A DNA stretch of 64,000 bases from Gilvibacter sp. (GCA_965277295.1 OZ255720.1:215376-279375); one strand, 5' to 3'; shown: positions 11,275 to 22,599, numbered from the stretch's first letter. A program made the numbers and translations. Notes: a model not told the origin generated them from the letters alone.

Positions 11275-11607
11275 TTACCCAATACGCAGGCCATTCGTGG
11301 CCTGTTTGTTTGGGGATATTAGCGTAACATCTTTCCCGTCTACCGCTCCTAAAACCAAGCATTCACTCATAAAGGGACCAATCTGTTTTTTAGGAAAATT
11401 TACAACTGCGATTATCTGAGTTCCCACTAAATCCTGTTTAGTGTATAAACTTGTAATTTGAGCAGAACTGCGCTTTACACCTAACTGGTCACCAAAATCG
11501 ATGGTAAGTTTATAGGCAGGAACTCTTGCTTCGGGAAAATCTGCCACCTTGGTAATGGTTCCAACACGCATATCGACTTTTGTAAAATCGCTCCAGTTTA
11601 ATTCCAT
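11275..11607 (-). CDS. csaA: tRNA-binding / export chaperone CsaA
   Basis: DF.KVDMRVGTI, AYKL.IDFG, SSAQIT, AVVNFP.KQIG.FMSECLVLG. Confidence 0.9.
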   Translation of the reverse strand: MELNWSDFTKVDMRVGTITKVADFPEARVPAYKLTIDFGDQLGVKRSSAQITSLYTKQDLVGTQIIAVVNFPKKQIGPFMSECLVLGAVDGKDVTLISPNKQATNGLRIG

Positions 11608-11720
11608 AGTTGTATTTTTTTAATTTGCTTAACGTAAAAATATAGAATTCCGTGGTATCTTTAACCTAACTATAAAGGTTGCCAATTACATTTACTGCGA
11701 ACCGTATAATAACACTTACA

Positions 11721-12302
11721 ATGGCAAGAACCGAATCCAGTATGATTCCTTTAGGCACGATAGCGCCCGATTTTTATTTAGACGATGTAATGAGCACCGA
11801 CTACCTGAGTCTTAGTCAGGTTAAAGGCGAAAAAGGCACCGTGATTATGTTTATATGTAACCATTGCCCTTTTGTAAAACACGTAAACGAAGAAATAGTT
11901 AGAATTGCTAACGACTATACCGTAACTGGTTTTGGATTTGCAGCCATTAGCAGTAACGATATTATAGGTTACCCTCAAGATGGCCCGGAGCAGATGTACC
12001 AGACTGGTCGCAAAAATAAATATCCTTTTCCGTATTTGTTCGATAGTACGCAGGAAGTGGCAAAAGCCTACGACGCAACTTGTACTCCAGATTTTTTTGT
12101 GTTCGACGCCGATCTAAAACTCGTTTATAGAGGCCAATTAGACAACTCCCGACCGGCAAATGGGATTCCTGTAAATGGGCGTGATTTGCGCGAGGCGCTA
12201 GACAACATTCTTAACAATCATCCACAGCGCAGCGACCAAAAACCTAGCATTGGTTGTAATATAAAGTGGAATAGTGACAATCAAAATTCTGTGCAATTTT
12301 AA
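11721..12302 (+). CDS. Thioredoxin/AhpC-TSA family protein
   Basis: FICNHCPFV, YPQDGP, A.CTPDF, YRGQLD.SRP, SIGCNIKW; start moved to ATG 11721. Confidence 0.9.
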   Translation: MARTESSMIPLGTIAPDFYLDDVMSTDYLSLSQVKGEKGTVIMFICNHCPFVKHVNEEIVRIANDYTVTGFGFAAISSNDIIGYPQDGPEQMYQTGRKNKYPFPYLFDSTQEVAKAYDATCTPDFFVFDADLKLVYRGQLDNSRPANGIPVNGRDLREALDNILNNHPQRSDQKPSIGCNIKWNSDNQNSVQF

Positions 12303-12324
12303 GTTAAGCACCAGATAGTTGGTG

Positions 12325-12332
12325 TATCTTTG
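12325..12332 (+). promoter_or_regulatory. -7 promoter element for SulP gene
   Basis: TATCTTTG matches TAnnTTTG, 21 nt before ATG 12354. Confidence 0.6.
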
Positions 12333-12353
12333 CGGCTTTTTGAACAAAAGCCC

Positions 12354-13970
12354 ATGACAGCACTTTTTAAAAACTTTAGTCCCAAGCCCAAAAACGATAT
12401 TCTTTCTGGAATTACCGTTGCACTTGCCCTTGTACCCGAAGCTGTAGCTTTTGCCTTTGTTGCTGGTATCGATCCCTTAATTGGTCTTTATGGCGCCTTT
12501 ATGATGGGAATAGTCACTGCAATTTTTGGAGGACGTCCTGGTATGATTTCTGGTGCTACAGGAGCCATGGCCGTTGTAATGGTGCATTTAGTAGCAAAAG
12601 GAAACGAAGTAGGAATTGGCTTAGAGCAACCCGTTGAATTGCTGGGAGTTCAGTGGCTTTTTATAACACTGCTCTTGGTGGGGGTAATTCAAATGGGAGC
12701 CGGAGTCCTGCGGTTGGGGAAGTTTGTACGTTTAATTCCACATTCGGTAATGCTAGGCTTTGTAAATGGCTTGGCTATAGTAATCTTTTTGTCGCAGTTA
12801 GAACTCTTTAAAGTTAAAAGTGGAGATGCAACCTCTTGGCTTAGCGGAAGCGCCTTGTACATTATGTTAGCATTAATTGCCCTTACTATGGGAATCATGT
12901 ACGGGCTGCCTAAACTTACCAAAAAAGTACCTTCTGCCTTGGTCGCCATAATAGTGGTCGCGGCAATTACCATTTTTGCGAAGCTAGATGTTAGTACCGT
13001 TGGGTCCTTTATTCGCGATGGTGGCGGTACTGGTCTTAAAGGAGGTTTGCCCCAGTTTCAGTGGCAAATTTTTGATTTGTTTGAAACCTTAGATGGACAC
13101 TTTTTATCTACCATTTTACCAACCGCTTTTGTATTAGCCGCTATTGGACTAATTGAGTCGTTAATGACTCTTAATTTAATAGACGAACTAACAGATAGTC
13201 GTGGTTCTGGAAACAGAGAATGCGTTGCACAAGGAGGCGCCAATATACTAAATGGACTCTTTGGCGGAATGGGCGGTTGCGCCATGATTGGTCAATCTAT
13301 TATTAATGTAAACTCTGGAGGTCGCGGCAGACTCTCTGGAATTGTTGCTGCTCTTGCCTTATTGGCTTTTGTACTATTTGCAGCTCCGCTTATTGAACAA
13401 ATTCCTATTGCTGCCCTAGTAGGCGTTATGTTTATGGTAGTAATTGGAACTTTTGCTTGGAGTAGCTTTAGAATTTTACATAAAATCCCTTTGGCAGACA
13501 CTATTGTATTGGTAGCTGTATCTGCAATCACGGTATGGCAAGATTTAGCCGTGGCAGTTATTGCTGGAGTAATAATTTCGGCATTGGTTTTCGCATGGAA
13601 AAATGCCACAATGATTCGAGCCAGAAAAAGCATTAAAGAAAATGGCACCAAGGTTTACGAAATCTGGGGGCCTTTGTTTTTTGGGTCTGTGCAGAATTTT
13701 AATAGTAAGTTCGATGTAAAAGATGACCCTAAAGTAGTCGAAATCGATTTTATGGAATCTAAAATTAGCGACCATTCTGGCATAGAAGCCTTGCGTGGAA
13801 TTGCTAACAAATACATACAGCAAGACAAGTCGATAAAAATTACACATCTAAGCCCAGATTGTATCGATCTGCTCTTAAAGGCAAATCCTCAATTCGAAGA
13901 AATTATTGAGCGTTCTATAGACGACCCGCGTTACTACGTAGTAACCGATTTAGTCGACGCAGAGGTATAA
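12354..13970 (+). CDS. SulP/SLC26 inorganic anion transporter with STAS domain
   Basis: LVPEAVAFA, GGRPGMISGATGA, GGCAMIGQS, C-terminal STAS domain. Confidence 0.93.
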   Translation: MTALFKNFSPKPKNDILSGITVALALVPEAVAFAFVAGIDPLIGLYGAFMMGIVTAIFGGRPGMISGATGAMAVVMVHLVAKGNEVGIGLEQPVELLGVQWLFITLLLVGVIQMGAGVLRLGKFVRLIPHSVMLGFVNGLAIVIFLSQLELFKVKSGDATSWLSGSALYIMLALIALTMGIMYGLPKLTKKVPSALVAIIVVAAITIFAKLDVSTVGSFIRDGGGTGLKGGLPQFQWQIFDLFETLDGHFLSTILPTAFVLAAIGLIESLMTLNLIDELTDSRGSGNRECVAQGGANILNGLFGGMGGCAMIGQSIINVNSGGRGRLSGIVAALALLAFVLFAAPLIEQIPIAALVGVMFMVVIGTFAWSSFRILHKIPLADTIVLVAVSAITVWQDLAVAVIAGVIISALVFAWKNATMIRARKSIKENGTKVYEIWGPLFFGSVQNFNSKFDVKDDPKVVEIDFMESKISDHSGIEALRGIANKYIQQDKSIKITHLSPDCIDLLLKANPQFEEIIERSIDDPRYYVVTDLVDAEV

Positions 13971-13996
13971 AAAAAGCGGCTTAAAAGCCGCTTTTT
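13969..13996. terminator. Bidirectional intrinsic terminator
   Basis: AAAAAAAGCGGC-TTAAAA-GCCGCTTTTT between convergent SulP and PPIase genes. Confidence 0.9.
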
Positions 13997-13999
13997 AAT

Positions 14000-14932
14000 T
14001 TATTTTACATCCATTAGTTCTACATCGAACACTAAGATTGCGTTAGGTGGGATAACACCGCCAGCACCGCGTTCCCCGTAAGCCAAATTAGGTGGAATAA
14101 CAAAGCGGGCTTTGTCCCCAACTTTTAAAAGCGAAATCCCTTCGTCCCATCCTGGAATAACCTGTCCCATTCCCAAAGGAAAATCAATTGGATTACCGCG
14201 TTTATATGAATTATCGAATTCTACTCCGCTGTCTAACATTCCTTTGTAATGCACAGAAACCGTCTTTCCTTTTTCTGCTTGAGCTCCATCGCCCTTTTGA
14301 ATAACTTGATAATGTAATCCGCTATCTGTTTTTGTAAACCCAGCGGTCAAATCTTTTAGCGCCTTTTCTGAAGCTTCTCTTGCTGCTGCTTCTCTGGCTG
14401 CCTTGGCTCCGTCAAACTGTCTAAAAGTTTCTACTGCATTCCATGCTTTGGCATCTTCACCTACACGTTCTATAGTTAAAGTCTCTATAGCATCACCTTG
14501 GGCAATACTATTAACTACATCCATTCCAGAGGTGACTTTACCAAATACGGTGTGTTTATTATCTAACCAAGGAGTTTCTACATGAGTTATAAAAAACTGA
14601 CTTCCATTGGTTCCAGGCCCAGCATTAGCCATAGATAATACGCCAGGAGCGTCATGTCGTAAATCTGGGTGAAATTCGTCGTCGAAGTTATACCCCGGTC
14701 CACCAGAACCAGTTCCTTGTGGATCTCCACCTTGAACCATAAAGTCGTTAATTACTCTGTGAAAAGTTAAGCCATCGTAATAAGGTGTTCCTTGAGGTTT
14801 GGCTTGGTTTTCTAGCGTACCTTCTGCCAAAGCAACAAAATTTCCAACTGTTCCAGGCGTTTGTTTATAGGTTAATTCCACTACGATTTCTCCTTTAGTG
14901 GTATTAAATTTAGCGTATATTCCGTCTTGCAT
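14000..14932 (-). CDS. Peptidyl-prolyl isomerase, cyclophilin-FKBP fusion
   Basis: Cyclophilin [51 protein letters not shown]; start ATG 14932. Confidence 0.95.
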   Translation of the reverse strand: MQDGIYAKFNTTKGEIVVELTYKQTPGTVGNFVALAEGTLENQAKPQGTPYYDGLTFHRVINDFMVQGGDPQGTGSGGPGYNFDDEFHPDLRHDAPGVLSMANAGPGTNGSQFFITHVETPWLDNKHTVFGKVTSGMDVVNSIAQGDAIETLTIERVGEDAKAWNAVETFRQFDGAKAAREAAAREASEKALKDLTAGFTKTDSGLHYQVIQKGDGAQAEKGKTVSVHYKGMLDSGVEFDNSYKRGNPIDFPLGMGQVIPGWDEGISLLKVGDKARFVIPPNLAYGERGAGGVIPPNAILVFDVELMDVK

Positions 14933-14951
14933 GTGATTGTTTTTAAAGCTG

Positions 14952-14959
14952 CAAAGGTA
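14952..14959 (-). promoter_or_regulatory. -7 promoter element for PPIase gene
   Basis: TACCTTTG on minus strand matches TAnnTTTG. Confidence 0.6.
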
Positions 14960-15039
14960 CAATTCAATTTGCATATAAAATATGCAGTCCGAACGAAAAT
15001 TAGCTAAAGAATGCTTATTTTAAGACTAAATAATCGAAG

Positions 15040-15726
15040 ATGAAAAACAGAATTATATTACTACTGTCCTTAACGCTATTTATTGGAACGGTAAACAGTT
15101 ACGCTCAAGACTACAATGATGACCCACCATTTATTGAAGTAATAGGGCGCGCAGACCAAGAAGTTACGCCAGATATGATTTTTATTTCTGTAACGCTGGT
15201 CGAAGAAACCGTAGGTAAAAGCCGCTTAACAATAGCGCAGCAAGAGTCTAATTTTTTAGAAATAGTAAATCAGTTAAATATAGACCCCAAGAAAGTGGTA
15301 CTTACAGAATCACTTACTCAAATTATTAGAAGAAAACAGCGCGATAAAGGGACAAAAATTGCAAAAACATATATGGTAGAAGTGAATTCTGCAGCACAAG
15401 TTTCTAAATTTTTTGAACTCCTTACGGTAAATGGAATTCGAGAGGCTACAATAGAGCGCACCAACCATAGCGACATAATAAATATTCGTAAAAATGTTAG
15501 AATTGCTGCTATAAAAGCGGCAAAAGAGAAAGCCCAGTATTTAACTGCTGCCATTGGGCAGGAACTAGGAATGCCGCTAGTAATTAGGGCACAAGTGTCT
15601 TCCGATTTTGCTAATGCGTTAAGTGGGAGTAATACAGCTTTAAGCACTGTAACACAGAATATGATTATGGGCTACGACGCTATTACAGTCAGTTTTTCGT
15701 ACTATATTAAGTATCAAATTAATTAG
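15040..15726 (+). CDS. SIMPL (DUF541) domain periplasmic protein
   Basis: Signal peptide; IEV.G.A...V.PD, AAI.AAKEKA..L...IG..LG. Confidence 0.85.
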   Translation: MKNRIILLLSLTLFIGTVNSYAQDYNDDPPFIEVIGRADQEVTPDMIFISVTLVEETVGKSRLTIAQQESNFLEIVNQLNIDPKKVVLTESLTQIIRRKQRDKGTKIAKTYMVEVNSAAQVSKFFELLTVNGIREATIERTNHSDIINIRKNVRIAAIKAAKEKAQYLTAAIGQELGMPLVIRAQVSSDFANALSGSNTALSTVTQNMIMGYDAITVSFSYYIKYQIN

Positions 15727-17911
15727 CCACTTCGCTAATAAACTTAATTCTATATAAGCGCAACTCTTCGTCGTCGTAATCGCCATCAAATTCGTCTATA
15801 GCGACGTCAATTTTGTCGGTTTCTGCCTCTAAAAAGTAATCGTGTATTTCTTCTTGTTGGTCTTCGTCTAGAATATCTTCTAGCCAATAATCAATATTCA
15901 ATTTGGTGCCACTAAAGACTATGGCTTCCATTTCTTTTATAAAATCAGGCATTTCTAACCCTTTGGCAGATGCAATATCTGTAAGCGGTAATTTTCTATC
16001 TACATTTTGAATAATATAGAGTTTTAAGGCCGAATTAACCCCTATAGACTTTACCACAAAATCGTCTGGACGCTCAATCTGATTTTCTTCTACGTAGCGT
16101 TTTATTAGATCGACAAAACTGCTTCCATATTTTTTGGCCTTGCCTTCACCTACCCCGTGAACGTTAGAAAGTTCGTCTATAGTTATAGGATATTTAAGCG
16201 CCATATCTTCTAAAGATGGATCTTGAAAAATCACGAAGGGTGGTAAACTTAATTTACTGGCTACCTTTTTGCGTTCGTCTTTAAGCAATTTAAATAATTG
16301 GGCGTCGGTGCCACCTCCTGCCTTCTTAGCCACGACAATGCTAGAGTCTTCTAAATAATCGAATTTATGATCTTCGGTCATTAAAAAAGATTTAGGTTTT
16401 TCTAAATATTGCAAACCTTCCGGAGTTAGCTTTACAATCCCGTAAGTTTCTATATCTTTTCTAATAAATCTAGCAACTAAAGTCTGTCTAATAAGGGCCA
16501 TCCAATACGTGTCCTCTTTGTCCTTACCAATCCCAAAAAACGGCTGCTGATCTGTTCTGTGCGATTTTATTAAAGCGTTGGCTTTACCAATAAGTACATT
16601 TACCACTTCTTTAGCCTTATACTGCTGATTCGTATCTTTTATTACCCCCAAAAGGGTAACTACTTCGTTCTTGGCTTCGAATTGTTTTTTAGGATTGCGA
16701 ACATTGTCGTCCATTTCTCCTCCTTCGCCTGTTTCGTTGTCAAACTCCTCGCCAAAATAATGGAGTAAAAACTTACGTCTAGACATACTGGTTTCGGCAA
16801 ATGCGACCATTTCCTGAAGTAAGGCATGTCCTATTTCTTGTTCGGCTACAGGTTTGCCGCTCATAAACTTCTCGAGCTTTTCTATGTCTTTATAAGAATA
16901 GAAGGCCAAGCAGTGCCCTTCGCCCCCATCGCGTCCAGCACGACCCGTTTCTTGGTAATAACTTTCTATGCTTTTTGGAATGTCGTTATGAATAACAAAA
17001 CGCACATCGGGTTTATCTATTCCCATTCCAAAGGCAATGGTAGCTACAACAATATCTGCATCTTCCATTAAAAACATATCCTGATGTTTCACCCTTGTTT
17101 TTGGATCTAACCCAGCGTGATATGGAACTGCTAAAATTCCGTTTACCTGTAGGGTTTGGGCCAGTTCTTCTACACGTTTTCTGCTTAAACAATAAATAAT
17201 TCCGCTTTTACCTGCATTTTGTTTTACAAATCGGGTAATATCGGCATCTACATGCTGCGTTTTAGGTCGAACTTCGTAATATAAATTAGGCCTGTTAAAA
17301 GAAGCCTTAAAGGTATTGGCATGTTGTATGCCTAAATTCTTTAAAATATCTTCTTGAACTTTAGGGGTAGCCGTAGCAGTAAGGCCAATTATGGGAATGT
17401 TTTCGCCTATGCGTTCAATTATCTTTCTAAGGTTTCTGTATTCGGGCCTAAAGTCGTGCCCCCATTCACTAATACAATGCGCTTCGTCTATGGCAACAAA
17501 ACTAACTGTTACCGACCTTAAAAAGGCAATGTGTTCTTCTTTTGTTAAGGATTCTGGAGCGACGTAAAGCAACTTGGTAATCCCATTGGTAATGTCACTT
17601 TTTACTTGTTTTACCTCGGATTTATTTAAGGACGAATTCAACACATGAGCAATTCCTTTATTCTCGCTAATAGCTCTAAGGGCATCTACTTGATTCTTCA
17701 TTAGTGCAATTAAAGGAGATACTACAATTGCAGTTCCATCTTTAATTAAAGCAGGTAGCTGGTAACACAATGATTTGCCTCCACCAGTAGGCATAATCAC
17801 AAAAGTGTGTTCGTTTTTAATTACACTTTTAATAACCTCCTCTTGAAGTCCTTTAAACTTGTTAAAGCCAAAATACTTCTTGAGGGCAGCGTATAAGTCT
17901 AAATCGTTCAC
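15719..17911 (-). CDS. recQ: ATP-dependent DNA helicase RecQ
   Basis: MPTGGGKS, DEAHC, TATAT, ATIAFGMGIDK, QETGRAGRDG; RQC and HRDC domains. Confidence 0.96.
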   Translation of the reverse strand: MNDLDLYAALKKYFGFNKFKGLQEEVIKSVIKNEHTFVIMPTGGGKSLCYQLPALIKDGTAIVVSPLIALMKNQVDALRAISENKGIAHVLNSSLNKSEVKQVKSDITNGITKLLYVAPESLTKEEHIAFLRSVTVSFVAIDEAHCISEWGHDFRPEYRNLRKIIERIGENIPIIGLTATATPKVQEDILKNLGIQHANTFKASFNRPNLYYEVRPKTQHVDADITRFVKQNAGKSGIIYCLSRKRVEELAQTLQVNGILAVPYHAGLDPKTRVKHQDMFLMEDADIVVATIAFGMGIDKPDVRFVIHNDIPKSIESYYQETGRAGRDGGEGHCLAFYSYKDIEKLEKFMSGKPVAEQEIGHALLQEMVAFAETSMSRRKFLLHYFGEEFDNETGEGGEMDDNVRNPKKQFEAKNEVVTLLGVIKDTNQQYKAKEVVNVLIGKANALIKSHRTDQQPFFGIGKDKEDTYWMALIRQTLVARFIRKDIETYGIVKLTPEGLQYLEKPKSFLMTEDHKFDYLEDSSIVVAKKAGGGTDAQLFKLLKDERKKVASKLSLPPFVIFQDPSLEDMALKYPITIDELSNVHGVGEGKAKKYGSSFVDLIKRYVEENQIERPDDFVVKSIGVNSALKLYIIQNVDRKLPLTDIASAKGLEMPDFIKEMEAIVFSGTKLNIDYWLEDILDEDQQEEIHDYFLEAETDKIDVAIDEFDGDYDDEELRLYRIKFISEVAN

Positions 17912-18042
17912 GCTTTATTTTTTATAAAGGGGATTCTAATATAATCGTTGTTGCTAATTATACCCATAGAGGTTCACAAAATAAGAAGTTAAATACAGTT
18001 ATATCTCGTAAATATTACCTGACAGAACGAAATAAATTTATG

Positions 18043-18050
18043 TACTTTTG
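18043..18050 (+). promoter_or_regulatory. -7 promoter element for kdsD-tatC-CMD-lptB
   Basis: TACTTTTG matches TAnnTTTG. Confidence 0.55.
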
Positions 18051-18107
18051 TATCTACAAGATACTAATTTCTTTACACCTCGGCAAGAAGAAAATTAACT
18101 GCGTTTA

Positions 18108-19070
18108 ATGAATACAGCACAAATAATTGCAATCGCCAAAAAAACAATAGATACCGAAAGTCGGGCAATTGCACATCTGTCAACTTTAATTAACGATACC
18201 TTCGCTCAAGCGGTTAGCCATTTATTTAACTCCAAAGGGCGCGTAGTGGTTACTGGTATTGGCAAAAGTGCCAATATTGCTACTAAGATTGTAGCTACTT
18301 TAAATTCGACAGGGACTCCAGCAATTTTTATGCATGCAGCCGACGCGATTCACGGCGATTTGGGGACCATTCAAGACGAAGACAGTGTAATTTGTATCTC
18401 TAAAAGTGGTAACACTCCAGAAATTAAAGTTTTGGTTCCATTAATTAAAGCTTTAGGCAATAAACTCTTAGCTATTACCGGAAACCCAGATTCCTTTTTG
18501 GGGCAACAAGCCGATTTTGTCCTTAATGCTTACGTAGAAAAAGAAGCTTGTCCTAATAACTTAGCACCAACAACCAGCACCACAGCACAGCTCGTAATTG
18601 GCGATGCCTTAGCGGTTTGTTTGTTAGAGCTGCGCGGGTTTAACAGCGCAGATTTTGCTAAGTTTCATCCCGGTGGTTCCTTGGGCAAACAACTGTATTT
18701 GCGTGTTAGCGATTTAACTGCGTTAAACGAAAAGCCCCAGGTTTATCCAGATACTACCGTAAAAGATGTGATAATAGAAATTTCTAAAAAAATGCTGGGC
18801 GTAACGGCTGTCATAGAAAACAATAAAATTGTTGGGATAGTTACAGACGGTGATTTGCGTAGAATGCTTACCAAAGTAGATAATATCTCTGGTCTTACTG
18901 CTAAAGACATTATGACTAAAAACCCAAAAACAATCGCCAATAGTGCCATGGCAGTTGCAGCTTACAATAAAATGGACGAATTTGGTATAACGCAACTACT
19001 GGCTAGCGATAACGGGGATTATTGCGGGGTGGTACATATTCATAATTTGACTAAAGAAGGAATAATTTAA
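18108..19070 (+). CDS. kdsD: Arabinose-5-phosphate isomerase (KpsF/GutQ family; SIS plus 2 CBS)
   Basis: GIGKS, HAADAIHGDLG, SKSG.T.E, PT.STTA, FHPGGSLG. Confidence 0.93.
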   Translation: MNTAQIIAIAKKTIDTESRAIAHLSTLINDTFAQAVSHLFNSKGRVVVTGIGKSANIATKIVATLNSTGTPAIFMHAADAIHGDLGTIQDEDSVICISKSGNTPEIKVLVPLIKALGNKLLAITGNPDSFLGQQADFVLNAYVEKEACPNNLAPTTSTTAQLVIGDALAVCLLELRGFNSADFAKFHPGGSLGKQLYLRVSDLTALNEKPQVYPDTTVKDVIIEISKKMLGVTAVIENNKIVGIVTDGDLRRMLTKVDNISGLTAKDIMTKNPKTIANSAMAVAAYNKMDEFGITQLLASDNGDYCGVVHIHNLTKEGII

Positions 19071-19900
19071 TGAGCGCAGAAAATCCGGGTAAAGAAATGT
19101 CCTTTCTGGACCATTTAGAAGATTTAAGATGGCATTTAATTAGGTCCACCATTGCAATTGTGATCATGGGTTTGGTTGCCTTTTTAGCCAAGTCGTTTAT
19201 ATTCGACGTACTAATTTTGGGGCCAAAAAGTTCGGATTTTCCAACCTACAAAATATTATGCCGAGCAGCTACTTGGCTTGGTTTTGAAGACAGTTTTTGT
19301 TTTACAGAACTTCCCTTTAGAATTCAAAGTAGAAAGGTTGCTGGACAGTTCTCTGCCCATATTTGGACTTCTATTACCGCCGGCTTTATTGTTGCCTTTC
19401 CCTATGTTATTTATCAATTCTGGAAATTTATTAGCCCAGGACTTAAACCAAAAGAAAGACGCTCTTCACGAGGTTTTATTGTAATAGCATCGCTATTATT
19501 TTTTACTGGGGTATTGTTTGGATATTATGTGGTAACCCCACTTTCTATTAACTTCTTGGGAAGCTATCAAGTGAGCGATCAGGTTTTTAACGATTTTGAT
19601 TTAGATAGTTATATTGGCCTAGTTAGATCGGCTGTTGTTGCCAGTGGACTAATTTTTGAACTACCAATAATTATATACTTTTTAACCAAAATAGGTGTAG
19701 TCACACCCGAATTCCTGCGTAAATACAGAAAGTATTCCTTAGTTATTGTTTTAATATTATCGGCCATTATTACACCTCCAGATATTGCGAGTCAGATAGT
19801 AGTAGCCGTACCAATTATAATACTCTACGAAGTAAGTATATTTATCTCTAAAGCTGTGGTAAAACGCCAGGCAAAACAAGCAAAAAAAGCTCATGGATGA
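19070..19900 (+). CDS. tatC: Twin-arginine translocase subunit TatC
   Basis: MSFLDHLEDLR, YQFWKFISPGL, IFELP, AIITPPD. Confidence 0.96.
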   Translation: MSAENPGKEMSFLDHLEDLRWHLIRSTIAIVIMGLVAFLAKSFIFDVLILGPKSSDFPTYKILCRAATWLGFEDSFCFTELPFRIQSRKVAGQFSAHIWTSITAGFIVAFPYVIYQFWKFISPGLKPKERRSSRGFIVIASLLFFTGVLFGYYVVTPLSINFLGSYQVSDQVFNDFDLDSYIGLVRSAVVASGLIFELPIIIYFLTKIGVVTPEFLRKYRKYSLVIVLILSAIITPPDIASQIVVAVPIIILYEVSIFISKAVVKRQAKQAKKAHG

Positions 19901-20246
19901 CAACATTGTAGACTCATTTAATGCCTATCGTGCCAAGATGAACGAAAAGATTTTGGCCGACAACAACAAAATTGTTAAGCGCATATTTAATTTGGACACC
20001 AATGCCTTTACCGAAGGGCATTTGTCTAAAAAAACCAAAGAATTATTAGGCCTTGGTAATTCCATTGTCTTGCGTTGCGACGACTGCGTGCGGTATCATT
20101 TAGAGTCCTGCTATAACCTAGGAACTACCAAAGAAGAAGTGGTAGAAGCCATGAGTGTGTCGCTACTTATTGGAGGGACAATTATTATTCCTCACTTGCG
20201 TCGCGCCTATGAATATTGGGATGCTTTAGAAGAAAAGAACCGTTAA
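19893..20246 (+). CDS. Carboxymuconolactone decarboxylase / AhpD-like protein
   Basis: KELLGL..S.VLRCDDC..YH motif. Confidence 0.85.
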   Translation: MDDNIVDSFNAYRAKMNEKILADNNKIVKRIFNLDTNAFTEGHLSKKTKELLGLGNSIVLRCDDCVRYHLESCYNLGTTKEEVVEAMSVSLLIGGTIIIPHLRRAYEYWDALEEKNR

Positions 20247-20297
20247 ACTGGCATTAAAACTATTGGTATTCACTGCAATTATACAGATATTTGACCT

Positions 20298-21038
20298 ATG
20301 AAGCTTCGCGCAGAAAATTTAATGAAGTCCTATAAAGGCCGCCAGGTGGTTAAAGGCATTACTGTAGAAGTTAATCAGGGTGAAATTGTAGGTTTATTAG
20401 GACCCAATGGAGCCGGAAAAACCACATCGTTCTACATGATTGTGGGATTAATTAAGCCTAACGGCGGAACCATTTACTTAGAAGGCACCAATATTACTAA
20501 ATACCCGATGTACAAGCGGGCTCAGAATGGTATTGGCTACCTAGCACAAGAGGCTTCAGTGTTTAGAAAACTAAGCATAGAAGACAATATTTTAAGTGTT
20601 TTACAGCTTACTAAACTCTCTAAAAAAGAACAGCGAGCCAAAATGGAGTCGTTAATAGAAGAGTTTAGTTTAGGCCATATTCGAAAAAACCGGGGAGACC
20701 TACTCTCTGGTGGAGAACGACGCCGTACCGAAATTGCTCGAGCTTTAGCTACCGATCCTCATTTTATTTTGTTAGATGAACCCTTTGCGGGGGTTGACCC
20801 TGTTGCGGTAGAAGATATTCAGCGTATTGTAGCGCAGCTAAAAAACAAAAATATTGGGATACTTATTACCGACCACAACGTTCAGGAAACCTTGGCAATT
20901 ACAGACCGTACCTACCTGATGTTTGAAGGTAGTATATTAAAACACGGTGTGCCAGAAGAACTAGCAGCAGATAAAATGGTACGTAAAGTATATTTAGGTC
21001 AAAACTTTGAACTCCGTAAAAAGAAGCTCGACTTTTAA
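20298..21038 (+). CDS. lptB: LPS export ABC transporter ATPase
   Basis: [43 protein letters not shown]. Confidence 0.96.
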   Translation: MKLRAENLMKSYKGRQVVKGITVEVNQGEIVGLLGPNGAGKTTSFYMIVGLIKPNGGTIYLEGTNITKYPMYKRAQNGIGYLAQEASVFRKLSIEDNILSVLQLTKLSKKEQRAKMESLIEEFSLGHIRKNRGDLLSGGERRRTEIARALATDPHFILLDEPFAGVDPVAVEDIQRIVAQLKNKNIGILITDHNVQETLAITDRTYLMFEGSILKHGVPEELAADKMVRKVYLGQNFELRKKKLDF

Positions 21039-21829
21039 GCTTCGCTATTCCCGTTTTCTTGGTCTTCCAGCTCTTTTATAGCTATTAATTTTTTCTGGTA
21101 TTTACTCTGGACAATATCTACAATTACCAAAATTACAATTACAAAGTAAAAGGTAGTTTTGCTCATTGGGGTGATTTCGTTGCCGAATAGTTTTAAATGT
21201 GCCAGATGACCACCTTCGGTAACCAACATTACCCCCACAATAAATAATATAAACAAACCTAGCACTTCGTACATTCTATTGCGCTCTAGGAACGATGCAA
21301 CTCGGTCTGCTAACCAAATCATTAATAAACCACCAATAATAATAGCTGTAGCCATAACCCAAAATACATCGGTTAATGCCATGGCACTTAAAATGGAATC
21401 AAAAGAAAATACCAAATTCATTATAACTATAGACAATACAACACTTCCTATAGGCTTTTTCTTATCGTCTTCTACCTGGGCGGTCATATGGTCGACTCCT
21501 ACCATGTGCCAGATTTCTTTCATGGCTGTGTAAATAATAAAAATTCCACCGGCAAGTACAATCATACTGTGAATATTAAAACTGCCCTCGGCCACATCTA
21601 CAAAGGGAATATTAAGAATAGGATCCTTAAAATAATCGATTACCGAAACCAGTAAGAACAACAAGGCAATTCTAAGTCCAATGGCCATTAAAATTCCCAT
21701 TTTACGCACATAAGCCTGTTTTTCTTTTACTACTTTTTTAGACTCCAAAGAGATGTACAACAAGTTGTCGAAGCCCAGAACTATTTGTAAGAGCACCAAC
21801 ATAAGTAGTGTAATTATATTTTCTACCAT
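21035..21829 (-). CDS. TerC family membrane protein
   Basis: [16 protein letters not shown], multiple TM helices. Confidence 0.9.
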   Translation of the reverse strand: MVENIITLLMLVLLQIVLGFDNLLYISLESKKVVKEKQAYVRKMGILMAIGLRIALLFLLVSVIDYFKDPILNIPFVDVAEGSFNIHSMIVLAGGIFIIYTAMKEIWHMVGVDHMTAQVEDDKKKPIGSVVLSIVIMNLVFSFDSILSAMALTDVFWVMATAIIIGGLLMIWLADRVASFLERNRMYEVLGLFILFIVGVMLVTEGGHLAHLKLFGNEITPMSKTTFYFVIVILVIVDIVQSKYQKKLIAIKELEDQENGNSEA

Positions 21830-21831
21830 GA

Positions 21832-22599
21832 TTAAGGTTTAGCGATTGAATTTTTAATAATAGAAACCAAAACATATCCAATTATAACAAATGGAATTGC
21901 AATAATTTTAAACAGCACTATTGCCGCAATACTAGCTATTAAAAACAAGTAAATATGCAGATTCTCTTTTAGATTAAACGATTTAAACTTTAAAGAAAAT
22001 AGTGGTAATTCGGCATTGAGTATTAAACTACTTATAACCGTAATTGCAAAAAGCACCCAGATATTATTTAGCAATTGGTATGCCCATGCAGGACTAAAAT
22101 CTAAAGTAATTAACACCAAGCTGGCAATAAATATTGAGTTAGCTGGGGTTGGCAAACCAATAAATCCAGTTTTTTGTCTTTGGTCTACATTAAATTTGGC
22201 CAACCGGTAAGCAGAACCAACAACAATTAACAAACCCACAGCAGGCATCCATCTAAACTCGGGTTCTGCAGGCATATCTGGAGTTATGGCCTCGTAAAAA
22301 AGCAGGTTAAAATAACCTGTAATTGTAGTGTTTAAAAGTGCTTGACAAAACAAGTGAACCATAAGAAGTGCTGGCACCAAACCACTTGTAATTACATCGG
22401 CAAGTGAATCCAATTGTAAACCTACAGAACTGGTAACCTTTAAGGCCCGTGCTGCCAGGCCGTCAAAAAAGTCAAAGAAAATTCCTAAGAACATAAAGAT
22501 TACAGCGCCTAAAGGTTCGCCCACAGTTATAGAAATAACAGCAATACAACCGCATAATAAATTAAGCGACGTAATTAAGTTTGGTATAAGTTTTAGCAT
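21832..22599 (-). CDS. pssA: CDP-alcohol phosphatidyltransferase (phosphatidylserine synthase-like)
   Basis: DFFDG..AR...S..G..LDSLAD, RLAKFN, F.GLPTPA. Confidence 0.85.
   Translation of the reverse strand: MLKLIPNLITSLNLLCGCIAVISITVGEPLGAVIFMFLGIFFDFFDGLAARALKVTSSVGLQLDSLADVITSGLVPALLMVHLFCQALLNTTITGYFNLLFYEAITPDMPAEPEFRWMPAVGLLIVVGSAYRLAKFNVDQRQKTGFIGLPTPANSIFIASLVLITLDFSPAWAYQLLNNIWVLFAITVISSLILNAELPLFSLKFKSFNLKENLHIYLFLIASIAAIVLFKIIAIPFVIIGYVLVSIIKNSIAKP

Noticed and set aside
18050-18064. Hairpin GTATCT-ACA-AGATAC near the kdsD promoter
   Set aside because: Only 6 bp, with no recognisable operator or riboswitch features.
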